This document shows positions 38,680 to 47,798 of a stretch of 64,000 nt of DNA, piece after piece. The stretch comes from Syntrophomonadaceae bacterium (GTDB lineage Bacteria; Bacillota; Dethiobacteria; DTU022), in contig SLSE01000030.1 in NCBI GenBank assembly GCA_007130585.1, positions 4,267-68,266 of the forward strand. Direction: 5' to 3'. Made by a program: the position numbers and the translations under genes. The stretch's first letter is position 1; each line of letters begins with the position of its first letter. The notes under the pieces were generated by a model. That model searched no databases. It had not been told where the DNA came from and saw nothing but the letters and a program-made list of their open reading frames with translations.

Positions 38680-41298
38680 CTAGCGAACGGCCAGTTTCCT
38701 GCGGGTTTGCAGCAATCTCTGCCAGCTTTCATCGCTCAGGGGGCGGTTAAAGCTGCGGAAATTAGCCAGCTTGAAGCCGTGCTCGTCAGCCAGGTACCTG
38801 GTGCGCAAGATCGATTCCAGGTTAACCCCGGATGAGCCTAAGCTGTAGTGCCTGTACTGCTGTTCAAGGGCCAGGAGCATGGTCTCTGCCATGCAGGCAT
38901 AAGCCAGGCCTTCTTCAAATCCAAAATCCCAGCCTAATGAAGGCTGTCCGGGAATTTCAACCACTCCACCGTCAATGACCAGGACATCCGGACGGGCCCG
39001 GTCAACTTCCTCGCTGACATTGGCAGGACGGGAAATATCACAAACAATGGCTCCTTCTTTCAGGTTCCCGGCATGGATCACTTTTTCAGTGGCGCTCGTC
39101 GCGCTGATAACAATGTCGGCCCTGGCCAGCACCGCGTCGATATCGGTTGAGAACTCGATCAGTCCCCTGCTTTTACCTTCTCCTTCTGCAAAAGCTTCAA
39201 AAGCTTCCATGGGGGCATCGGGCATTGGAAGTTCCGGGCACCCGGCCAGCATAAAGCCCATGCTGCCCGGTTTAAGAGTCCGGCCCTGCTGTAGAAGAGC
39301 CGCCTGGTAGCGGTAAATCTCGGCAGCCACCTGGTGCAGCCTTTCACTGGCCGATCTATTGTTCGGGTTGCCGATCAGGATCAGGCGGGGCACTGTTTCC
39401 GACAGGAGAAGGGAAATCCCCCGCCCGATCGAACCCGCCGCACCGACAATGGCCGCTGTTGTGCGGGACCGATCAATCTGTAATTTTTCGGTAGCGGTAG
39501 TAATCGCATCAACCGCCGATACAACCGTATAGCTGTTGCCGGTAGTTATCGGCACTCCTTCATTTTTCAGGTAAAGGCCGCCCATGGAGGCAACGGCGGT
39601 AAAAGCGCCGAGACCGACAATTTTTGCCCCCCGTTCGCGGGCCAGGGCCACTGCAGCCTTAAGCTCGCTTAAAACCTGTTTTCGGGGCATCTGCACAAAC
39701 TCGTCGGTTGTCCGCGGCAGGCCGATAAATTCACCGTAAGCTTTTTTCCCGGCGGCAGAGGTAATTTTTGTTTTACCGGCGATAAAAGGCTCGATCATAC
39801 CGCCGAAGCGGCCTGTCAGTTCGGCCAGCTCTTCTTCACTGAAAGCAAGCAGGCTGCTGTCAAACTGATGATAACTTTGCAAATCAAGGGCGTGGACCAG
39901 GAAGGCGAAACGCCCTTCATCGTCTTCGCCGCCGGGGAAATAGTTTTCAGCCCGGTAGGGCTTGAATTCCGGGAAGCTGCCCGCATTGCCCGGCCTGACC
40001 AGGTACGACAGAAACTGTGCCGTGCTGCCCCTGTTCAGGACCTGCAGCATCGAGTCCAGCCCTGCGAGGGCGGTGCGGCACTGCTCTTCGCTGATCGTAA
40101 GAGGCGGTTCGATACGGATAACGGCATTTCCGTTCAGGGTAGGGGCAACCCGCACTTTTTCCACGTTTAAAAGGTATGAGGAAATTGCCGGGGTAAGCAG
40201 TTCCTGCTCGGCCATGACACCCAGCAGGCTGCCGGGAAAGTGCTCGCGATCCATGTAAAATTCCAACCCGAGCATCAAACCGCGCCCGCGAACTTCCCTG
40301 ATCAGGTCAGGATACTTCTCTTTCAGTTCATGGAGGCCGTTTTTCAGGAGTTCTCCCCTGGCCCGAACATCTTTAATCAGGGCGCTGTTTTTGGCGGTCA
40401 GTTCTTCTATGACCCGCAGCCCGACCCGGCAGGCCAGGGCATTGCCGGCAAATGTCGATGAATGCTTTAATCCAAAGTCTTCAGTATAAGCCTGATCCGT
40501 GCACAGGCAGGCCCCGATCGGCATGATCCCGCCACCCAGCGCCTTGGCCAGGACCATGACATCGGGAGAAACATTTTCCTGGTCGCAGGCAAAAAGCGCA
40601 CCGGTGCGCCCGAGTCCTGTCTGGACCTCATCAAAGACAAGCATAACCCCGTGTTCACGGCAGATCTCTTTTACCGCAGCCAGGTATCCTGCCGGCGGCT
40701 CCACAATACCGCCTTCGCCCTGGATCGGCTCAACCAAAAAGGCGGCATAATAGTCCGGTTTTCCGGCAAGTTCTTTTTGCAGGGCTGCGCTGTCACCGTA
40801 AGCTATGTGATTAAACCCTTCTGCGGGAGCATTGAAAGCCGACTGGTAGCCGGGGTTACCGGTAGCAGAAAGAGCGCCAAAGGTTTTTCCATGAAAGCTG
40901 TTATCTGTTGCCAGTATACCGGCCCGCCCGGTAGCAGAACGGCAGAGCTTGATTGCCGCTTCTACAGCTTCGGCACCGCTGTTGGCAAAGGTTACATATT
41001 CCAATCCTTCCGGGGCCAGGTTAATCAGGGCGCCGGCAAGTTCTCCGGCAGCATCCAGGTCCGAAGGCTGCATAAAGTTCGGTTCTGCCGAATCGCGGTA
41101 GCGCTCAACCGCCGCCCAGATCGAAGGGGGATTATGACCGAAGGGAAGGGCCCCGTAAGCGGCAATGCAGTCCAGGTAACGGTTGCCCCGGTCATCGTAA
41201 AGATAGCAGCCTTCGCCGCGCACATATTTTTGATCGAGTTTAATGCTTTCCAGCATCTCGCCCAGGTAGGGATTTACGAAGCGGGTGTAATTGTTCAT
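38680..41298 (-). CDS. two-domain fusion: PatA/YgjG-type class-III (PLP) aminotransferase fused to acyl-ACP-reductase (AAR/COG5322)-like NAD(P)H reductase domain
   Basis: The N-terminal ~430 aa share FHGKTFGALSATG, LVEPIQGEGGIVEPPAGYL and FDEVQTGLGRTG motifs with the PatA-like gene at 62641. The C-terminal ~430 aa align with cyanobacterial AAR along its length: FAFLVHALDL~MFGLIGHLTSL, KIVGLGAFTAVA~DISALGGFTSII, ITTGNSYTVV...TAAIVGAAGSIGRGISLLL~FTTGNTHTAYV...VAVVGATGDIGSAVCRWL, GGVVE, and ACMAETMLLALE~ACFAEAMLLEFE. Start is ATG 41298 (SD AGGAGG); the ORF-track start at 41337 would overlap that SD. Confidence 0.85.
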   Translation of the reverse strand: MNNYTRFVNPYLGEMLESIKLDQKYVRGEGCYLYDDRGNRYLDCIAAYGALPFGHNPPSIWAAVERYRDSAEPNFMQPSDLDAAGELAGALINLAPEGLEYVTFANSGAEAVEAAIKLCRSATGRAGILATDNSFHGKTFGALSATGNPGYQSAFNAPAEGFNHIAYGDSAALQKELAGKPDYYAAFLVEPIQGEGGIVEPPAGYLAAVKEICREHGVMLVFDEVQTGLGRTGALFACDQENVSPDVMVLAKALGGGIMPIGACLCTDQAYTEDFGLKHSSTFAGNALACRVGLRVIEELTAKNSALIKDVRARGELLKNGLHELKEKYPDLIREVRGRGLMLGLEFYMDREHFPGSLLGVMAEQELLTPAISSYLLNVEKVRVAPTLNGNAVIRIEPPLTISEEQCRTALAGLDSMLQVLNRGSTAQFLSYLVRPGNAGSFPEFKPYRAENYFPGGEDDEGRFAFLVHALDLQSYHQFDSSLLAFSEEELAELTGRFGGMIEPFIAGKTKITSAAGKKAYGEFIGLPRTTDEFVQMPRKQVLSELKAAVALARERGAKIVGLGAFTAVASMGGLYLKNEGVPITTGNSYTVVSAVDAITTATEKLQIDRSRTTAAIVGAAGSIGRGISLLLSETVPRLILIGNPNNRSASERLHQVAAEIYRYQAALLQQGRTLKPGSMGFMLAGCPELPMPDAPMEAFEAFAEGEGKSRGLIEFSTDIDAVLARADIVISATSATEKVIHAGNLKEGAIVCDISRPANVSEEVDRARPDVLVIDGGVVEIPGQPSLGWDFGFEEGLAYACMAETMLLALEQQYRHYSLGSSGVNLESILRTRYLADEHGFKLANFRSFNRPLSDESWQRLLQTRRKLAVR

Positions 41299-41318
41299 TG
41301 TCAGGCCTCCTGTCAGGT

Positions 41319-41378
41319 TGTGCACATTTATGTGCACACCAATAGTCCCATTTTAACCCGAACCCCGGTAAAAATCAA
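41319..41378 (-). promoter_or_regulatory. promoter (TTGATT-17-TAAAAT) with downstream palindromic operator TGTGCACA-TTTA-TGTGCACA
   Basis: On the minus strand: -35 TTGATT (41373-41378), 17-nt spacer, -10 TAAAAT (41350-41355). A 20-bp element TGTGCACATTTATGTGCACA at 41319-41338 lies between the -10 and the SD of the aminotransferase-reductase fusion gene; each 8-mer is itself palindromic. Confidence 0.45.
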
Positions 41379-41466
41379 CAAGGAATAGAAACCCGGGAAA
41401 TGCAGGCGGGCTGCCCGGAGGCAGCCCGCAGTAATAAAGGTTCAGAAGCATATTCGGAAAAGTACC

Positions 41467-42561
41467 CTACCTGGAAAATTTCTTCTCCAGTTTATCCATG
41501 ATACTGACAATGCCCCCGTATTCCAGTTCGGCATAGGGAAGCATGGCCGGGCCTGAGAAACCCTGCTCCCGCATATCGTAAGATTTCCTGGCCACTTTTT
41601 CCCTGACGAAATCCCAGTAGGGGTGGTCAAAACAGTCTACCGGTTCGGTTAATTTTCCGTTGTGTACGCAAAAACCGACAGCGCTGACAATCGGGGGGCC
41701 GTCGAAGTAGGATATGGCGCCGCCCATTTTAACCGGCATCAGGGGACCGGTGTGACTGCCGCGCATGAAGCCGGCCACGTAATGCCCGATACTATAGGGG
41801 GACAGGATTTCTCCGGTGGCGGGGAAATCGCCCTGGCAGCGCACCAGGAGTACAGGATCGTCTTTGCCCGTGTATTTCCCGGCAATATTGTGCAACCGGG
41901 TAGTACTGGCTGCTGCGGCCTGGTTACCGGTTGCCCGGGAATAGATGGCCGAAACAACAAACCGTTCGTTATCCCTGAGCAGCGCCGCAATATCATATAG
42001 CTCCTCGGGCGCATCAAGTTCAATGACCCGGTCTTCTTCCGTGAAAGCTACATCGAGGATTACAAACCTGAAACCGCGGCCAATTTTAGGCGAGAGAATC
42101 AACCCGGAACAGTGCATCGGGTCGGCAAAACCGAGATAGAGCGGAAGATTGTAAGCGCCGGGGTCGGTTTTATCCGCCGTGAAAAGCAGGAAGGGTTCGG
42201 CTTCCCGCTCTTCAAATTCCATTTCGGCAACTGCCGGACCCAGGCCCCTCACGTTGCCGGAGCAGGCATCGGCCAGTAAATCCTGGCCTGCTCCGTAAAG
42301 GCCCTGCTCTTTGGCTTTTTCAGTTCCGCAGATGAAGGCATCCCAGGCCAGTTGATGAAGCTCACCGTAACCGGTTCCATGGTTATGGCAGAATAAAATA
42401 GCAACATCGTCTCCCGTGCTGCCGATATAGAAGTCGGTAATTAATTTCCCGAGCTGCCTGTCAATACATTCTTTTACTGAATCGATCAAGGCCCGGCTGG
42501 GCTTAATGTGGCCGGCAATACTTCCGATATCGGCTTTGATTACACTCAAAGTCGTTTTCAT
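41467..42561 (-). CDS. fbp: bifunctional fructose-1,6-bisphosphate aldolase/phosphatase (class V FBPase)
   Basis: MKTTLSVIKADIGSIAGH...GDDVAILFCH...GLYGAGQDLL...SGNVRGLGPAVAEMEFEER is near-colinear with archaeal FBP aldolase/phosphatase. 364 aa. Confidence 0.9.
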   Translation of the reverse strand: MKTTLSVIKADIGSIAGHIKPSRALIDSVKECIDRQLGKLITDFYIGSTGDDVAILFCHNHGTGYGELHQLAWDAFICGTEKAKEQGLYGAGQDLLADACSGNVRGLGPAVAEMEFEEREAEPFLLFTADKTDPGAYNLPLYLGFADPMHCSGLILSPKIGRGFRFVILDVAFTEEDRVIELDAPEELYDIAALLRDNERFVVSAIYSRATGNQAAAASTTRLHNIAGKYTGKDDPVLLVRCQGDFPATGEILSPYSIGHYVAGFMRGSHTGPLMPVKMGGAISYFDGPPIVSAVGFCVHNGKLTEPVDCFDHPYWDFVREKVARKSYDMREQGFSGPAMLPYAELEYGGIVSIMDKLEKKFSR

Positions 42562-42737
42562 GGTATTCCCTCCCCAATCAGTTTTAACCGCCTTCCATTC
42601 GCTGAAAAATATACGCTATTCAATTATTTCGACAGATGGCCGAGGTTTCCTTCCCGGTCACACTAAATTGCCCGGTTCACAGGCAGGGCCGCATTAAATT
42701 CATCCTGCCCTGTCAGGCGACCCTGCAAAAAGATATT

Positions 42738-44046
42738 CTACTCTTCTTCCGGGGGCACGATCAGGGAAACCGCGTGGCGGTCCGGGTCCAGGTTTTCTTC
42801 AACCAGGGCCAGGGCTTCTTCCCGTCTTACTTCGTGGAGGATGGAGGGTAGTTGAAACAGGTCTATTCCTTTGAACCGGAAAGACAGAAAATTGTTGGCT
42901 ATAAACTCAAGCGAATTAAAACGCCTGATATAACTGCCCAGTACTTTGCGGCGGTGGCGTTCGAATTGTTCTTTGCTGATTCCTTCTTTTTTTATCCCGG
43001 CAACTGCTTCCATGATCCGCCTGTAAAGCTGCTCGGGATCCCTGGTTTCTCCGCCGATCATGGTATAGCCGTACGTGTTTTCCGCGGTGTATTCGGAGTC
43101 AAAGTTTTCATCAATTAAATCTTCGCGGTAAAGGTCGTTGTAGAGGGCTTCGCTTGAACCGAACATGACATCGAGGAGCAGCTCCATCAATATTTCCCTG
43201 CGCATCAGTTCTCGTCCCTGCAGTTCCCCGGCAACCATATCTTTGAAGCCAAGCAGGAAAATCGGCTCTGATACAACCAGTTCCTGGACTGTCCGCTGCC
43301 TGGCAATCTCAGCCGGTTCCCCGGGGTAGCTGCGCACGATTGCCCCCATCGGCCGGTAATTGTGCGCGGCGAGATTTTCCTCCACCAGGGCGCCTATCCG
43401 GCCGGGATCGAGATCGCCGACCACAAACAGGGCCATATTGCTGGGGTGATAAAAAGTCCTGTACGTGCGGTAGAGCAGGTCGGGCGTAATGCGGGAAATG
43501 CTCTCCAGCGTGCCGGCGATGTCATTGCGGACGGGATGCTCAACGTAAAGGCCTTCCAGCAGGTTAAAGAATACCCTCCAGTGAGGATGATCTTCGTACA
43601 TTTTTATTTCCTGCCCGATAATGCCCTGCTCTTTTTGTACGGTCTGCTCGGTAAAGTAAGGTTCCTGTACGAATTCCAACAACTGTTCCAGGCTCTGTTC
43701 AAAGTTTTCGGTGCAGGAAAAGAGGTAAGAAGTCTGGGTAAAAGAGGTAAAAGCGTTCGCCGAGGCGCCAAGAGCGGCAAAACGGTCAAAAACATTGCCC
43801 CTTTCGTCTTCAAAAAGTTTATGCTCCAGGAAGTGGGCTACCCCGTCGGGAAGGACGGTTAATTCCTGGTCCGGCTCAACCCGGAAACGGTTGTCGATCG
43901 ATCCGAAGCGGGTCGAGAAAATAGCATACTTTTTCCTGTAGCCGGGACGGGGCAAAACATAGAGATCCATCCCGGGATGAACGCGGTAGTGATAGAGGGT
44001 TTCCTGCAATTCCCTGTTTTCTATAAGCCGGTAGTGCTCGGTCATT
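42738..44046 (-). CDS. M16 family zinc peptidase (active subunit)
   Basis: Inverted zinc motif HFLEHKLFE (HXXEH). Start at ATG 44046 abuts the stop of the upstream M16 gene. Confidence 0.8.
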
Positions 44047-45336
44047 TTAACTGGCGCCTCCTTCACGCGGCCGCAGGAGATAAACTGTATCAAGTTTTAT
44101 CCGTTCAGCCACAGCTTTTATTTCTTCCCTGCCTACAGCATTAATTGCGGTTTCCAGCTCTCCTATGCTGTATGTTTTGCCGCCGACAGAGCCATCGAGA
44201 TGAAAAGAAATCAGCTGGCCCGGGCTGTCCTGTTTTGAGCGGAGCTGGTTGCACAAACCCCGCCTGGTATTGTCAAGCTCTGAGTCGCTAATATTTCCGG
44301 CGGCCATGTCTGTCAGCTGGAGATCGATTATCTCGCGCGCTTTTTCCCGTTCATCGTAGTTTATGCCGGCCGCTATAACCATCAGGCCCTTGTGTTTTTC
44401 CAGACGGGAATGGATATAGTAAGCCAGTCCGGCTTCTTCGCGAACGTTCATGAACAGCTTGGAGTGAGGGAAACCTCCGAGGATCCCGCTGTAGACCAGC
44501 AGGGCGCTGTATAACTCATCCCGGTAGCCCGTGTAGGTGCGAAACCCCATCACCATCTTGGACTGGTTAACCGACATTTCTTCTTCTTGCTGCCGGACAC
44601 CATGCACGGGATGCATTATATCGGTTTCCGCAAGAGTAAGCTGTTCCCCGTTACGGTTAAAATTAAATACCTGCCCGGCTGTACCGACAACCTCTTCTTC
44701 CTCTAAATCTCCGATCACATAAAAGTCAATCGGATTGCGGGCAAAAAGATCCCGGTAGTAACGGTAAAGGCCGGCCTGATCAACCCGATCGTAGTCTTCG
44801 ATCCGGCCCAGCTTGTAAACACCATAGTTTTCATCAGCGCACATCAGGGAGATACAGCGTTCAAGGGCGTAAGATACCTTATCGTTCAGCATGGCCCTGA
44901 TGTCCTTGACCAGCTGATTTTTCTCCTGCCTGACATAGTCCTCCCTGAAAGCGCCGTCAACAACCAGCGGATCCCCGACAACTGAGCCGAGAATGGACAT
45001 GCCGTCAAAGAGCAGCCTGCCGTTTTCGCCCAGGAATTTATCGTGGGCCGTTTCCATGGTAAAAGCAAGGATATGCCTTTCCCCGCTTTTCATAATATCC
45101 GTGTTGATGTCGGCCCCATAAAGATTTTCCAGTTCCCGCTGCAGGGTCAGGTAATCGGGGTACAGGCGGCTGCCCTGCTCGAGAACTGACGGCAGGAGGG
45201 CATTTGAAGCCGCCAGATCGGGTTTCAATTCCTGGTGTAAAAAAAGCCCCATCGAGATGGTTTTGAATTTTTCGGTCGGCATAAAGATCAGCCTGATCCC
45301 ATTAGGTAAATAGTGATATGAGTAGCCTTTTTGCAA
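44047..45336 (-). CDS. M16 family peptidase-like protein (non-catalytic partner; no HXXEH)
   Basis: 429 aa with M16 N- and C-domain architecture but no HXXEH motif. Paired with the downstream catalytic M16 gene as in ymfF/ymfH. Confidence 0.75.
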   Translation of the reverse strand: MQKGYSYHYLPNGIRLIFMPTEKFKTISMGLFLHQELKPDLAASNALLPSVLEQGSRLYPDYLTLQRELENLYGADINTDIMKSGERHILAFTMETAHDKFLGENGRLLFDGMSILGSVVGDPLVVDGAFREDYVRQEKNQLVKDIRAMLNDKVSYALERCISLMCADENYGVYKLGRIEDYDRVDQAGLYRYYRDLFARNPIDFYVIGDLEEEEVVGTAGQVFNFNRNGEQLTLAETDIMHPVHGVRQQEEEMSVNQSKMVMGFRTYTGYRDELYSALLVYSGILGGFPHSKLFMNVREEAGLAYYIHSRLEKHKGLMVIAAGINYDEREKAREIIDLQLTDMAAGNISDSELDNTRRGLCNQLRSKQDSPGQLISFHLDGSVGGKTYSIGELETAINAVGREEIKAVAERIKLDTVYLLRPREGGAS

Positions 45337-45676
45337 ATCCGGACCTCCTCTGTAATAAATAAACCGGTCCCGGGGGAACTTTTATTTCCCCCGCTGCCAT
45401 TTACAATTCCCTGCCGGCAGGCTTATTCCTGCCGCGCTGGCAGTTCCCGGAACCCGCTGGAATGGCAGCATTTCTGCCGCTGTTCCAGCTGCAGTGACAA
45501 TAACGATCTGAACCCGGGCTTTCTACTTTCTATTCTACTATTATAAGAGCAGATAACAAGGGGACGGTCTTTAGCTGCCGGAACGGTTTACGCAGATGCC
45601 GGCCGGGAGGATAGAAACCTCCGGGGTTTGACTTGTTTTGGCCTTGGTGTTATTATGAAAATGCACAAAATGCCAG

Positions 45677-45751
45677 GCGCCCGTGGTGAAAGGGATATCA
45701 CGCAGGCCTCCGGAGCCTGAAGTCGGGGTTCGAATCCCTGCGGGCGTACCA
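45677..45751 (+). tRNA. tRNA-Arg (anticodon CCG)
   Basis: Hand-folded cloverleaf. Acceptor GCGCCCG/CGGGCGT; D-arm GTGA-AAGGGATA-TCAC; anticodon arm CAGGC-CTCCGGA-GCCTG with U33 and anticodon CCG; variable loop AAGT; T-arm CGGGG-TTCGAAT-CCCTG; discriminator A; encoded CCA. A TTGACT-17-TATTAT promoter lies upstream at 45629-45657. Confidence 0.85.
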
Positions 45752-45762
45752 ATTATTCAAGG

Positions 45763-45792
45763 AGCAACCTGCTTGCAGGTTGCTTTATTATT
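45763..45792 (+). terminator. rho-independent terminator after tRNA-Arg
   Basis: Stem AGCAACCT / AGGTTGCT with loop GCTTGC, followed by TTATTATT. Confidence 0.55.
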
Positions 45793-45812
45793 AAAAAAGG
45801 AGTCCTGAACTG

Positions 45813-47657
45813 ATGCCAAAAGTAAAGTTTACTCCCCAAAACAAAGAAATCCAAGTCGAAACCGGAACCAATCTTCTAAAAGCAGCCGATCAGGCCGGCC
45901 TGTATATTGAAGGCGACTGCGCCGGGCGGGGCACCTGCGGCAAGTGCCGGGTCAGGATCACCGGAGACGAAAGGGCAGAACCCACCACAGCCGAAAAAAA
46001 ACATCTTTCAGAAAAAGACCTGGACAACGGATGGGTGCTGGCCTGCCAGCGAACCCTTGACCGGGATATAGTTGTAGAGGTCCCGATCCAGAAAGATGCC
46101 CACCTGCGCAAAACAACCCTGGCCGGCGGGGTCGAAGAACTGACTGCGGAACCGATGGTTGAAAAGATCGCCGTAAAACTGGACCGCCCTGCTGTTAAAG
46201 ACCAGCGGGCCGACCTGGAAAGGCTGCTTGACAACCTGGAGCGCCCCGATCTCGACATAGAGCTGCGCGAACTGGCCGGCCTGCCGGCGCTGCTCAGGAA
46301 AAACTCTTTCGCCGTGACCGCGGCAATTACCGGCAGCCGGATTATTTCCGTAGAAGCCGGGGATACAACCGATCAAATTTACGGGGTTGCTTTTGATATC
46401 GGAACAACCACCATTATGGGATCGCTCCTGGATCTTAAAACCGCTTCAGTAGTCGCCGTTGCGGCTACGACCAACCCGCAGAACGCTTACGGCGCGGATG
46501 TTATCTCCAGGATTACCCATGCTTCCGAGAGCAGGGAAAATTTAAAGCAGCTCCAGGACAAGGTTATAGAAGCGGCCAATATGTTAATCAAGGATTTGCT
46601 GAAACAAACCCGTGTAGCCCGGGACCGTGTGTACGAGGTAACAGCCGTGGGCAACACAACCATGAGCCACCTTTTTATGGGAATTGACCCGACGTACCTG
46701 GCTCCCGCGCCGTTTGTGCCCGCCTACAGGCGCGCCCTGGAGGTCGAGGCAGCCCGGCTGGGGCTCCGGATCAACCCGGCGGGGCGGGTAACTTTTCTGC
46801 CCAATATTGCCGGTTACGTAGGCTCTGATACTGTCGGGGTGATCCTGGCCACCGATATGGACCGGCGCAAAGATAATTGTGCCGCCATTGATATCGGCAC
46901 CAACGGCGAACTGGTCCTCGCAGCTAACGGCAGGCTGATGGCCTGTTCGACCGCTGCAGGTCCTGCTTTTGAAGGAGCTCAGATCAAGCACGGCATGAGG
47001 GCTGCCGGAGGAGCGCTTGAATCCTGCGATTATATCGATGGTGAATTTAAGATGGGCACAATTGATGATTTACCCGCCTGCGGCATCTGTGGATCAGGCC
47101 TGATTGACGCCGCCGCTGCTCTTCTCGATGCCGGCTTGATTGAGCCGAGCGGGCGTTTTGTCAACCCTGAGGAAAACCCGGAAAAAGTGCCTGAGCAGTT
47201 CAGGGAAAGGCTGCGTCCCGGCAGGAACGGTTTTGAGTTTGTGCTGGTTTCGGCCGGGGACTCCGCCAACGGTGATGATATTGTCCTGACCCAGGGCGAC
47301 CTGCGGGAACTGCAGCTGGCCAAGGGAGCTATTTATGCCGGCCTGATGATATTGCTGAAGGAAGCCGAACTTAGCGAAGACCAGCTTGACTGTATATTAC
47401 TGGCCGGCGCCTTCGGTAACTACGTCCGCAAGGAAAGCGCCCTTACTATAGGCCTGCTGCCCCAGCTGCCCCCGGAAAAAATTATTGCCGTTGGAAATGC
47501 CGCCGGGGACGGATCCAAGCTGGCCCTGGCTTCGAAAACTGTTCGGGAAAGAGCAATGGCCCTCCCCGACAGGGTGGAGCACCTGGAACTATCAACCCGT
47601 TCCGATTTCCAGGATATTTTTATTGACGCAATGGCTTTTCAGAAACCTAAAAGTTAA
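45813..47657 (+). CDS. RACo/RamA-like protein: N-terminal plant-type 2Fe-2S ferredoxin domain plus ASKHA (DUF4445) ATPase domain (corrinoid reductive-activation family)
   Basis: CAGRGTCGKCRVRI...LACQ ferredoxin cysteines, then the ASKHA signatures AFDIGTTTIMGSL and AIDIGTNGELV. 614 aa; SD AAAAGGAG. Confidence 0.8.
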   Translation: MPKVKFTPQNKEIQVETGTNLLKAADQAGLYIEGDCAGRGTCGKCRVRITGDERAEPTTAEKKHLSEKDLDNGWVLACQRTLDRDIVVEVPIQKDAHLRKTTLAGGVEELTAEPMVEKIAVKLDRPAVKDQRADLERLLDNLERPDLDIELRELAGLPALLRKNSFAVTAAITGSRIISVEAGDTTDQIYGVAFDIGTTTIMGSLLDLKTASVVAVAATTNPQNAYGADVISRITHASESRENLKQLQDKVIEAANMLIKDLLKQTRVARDRVYEVTAVGNTTMSHLFMGIDPTYLAPAPFVPAYRRALEVEAARLGLRINPAGRVTFLPNIAGYVGSDTVGVILATDMDRRKDNCAAIDIGTNGELVLAANGRLMACSTAAGPAFEGAQIKHGMRAAGGALESCDYIDGEFKMGTIDDLPACGICGSGLIDAAAALLDAGLIEPSGRFVNPEENPEKVPEQFRERLRPGRNGFEFVLVSAGDSANGDDIVLTQGDLRELQLAKGAIYAGLMILLKEAELSEDQLDCILLAGAFGNYVRKESALTIGLLPQLPPEKIIAVGNAAGDGSKLALASKTVRERAMALPDRVEHLELSTRSDFQDIFIDAMAFQKPKS

Positions 47658-47681
47658 GACATTTCGCGGCAAAACAGGGCC

Positions 47682-47711
47682 TTGGCAGGAAAGCGGGCCC
47701 CGCTGTAGAAT
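47682..47711 (+). promoter_or_regulatory. promoter TTGGCA-18-TAGAAT upstream of CBS-murT-gatD
   Basis: TTGGCA at 47682-47687 and TAGAAT at 47706-47711, 87 nt before the GTG start of the CBS gene. Confidence 0.5.
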
Positions 47712-47798
47712 ATTTAGACAATCAAAGGGAATTACAGGTCAGGCCCCCGCGGCTACGGCAGGAAGATTTGTCATTACTAAAGAACGGGAGGTACAATC

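Noticed and set aside
41299-41337. N-terminal extension MHINVHNLTGGLT of the fusion ORF
   Set aside because: The extension would be translated across the gene's own AGGAGG SD and the operator palindrome. The ATG at 41298 has ideal SD spacing and aligns with the start of the paralog.
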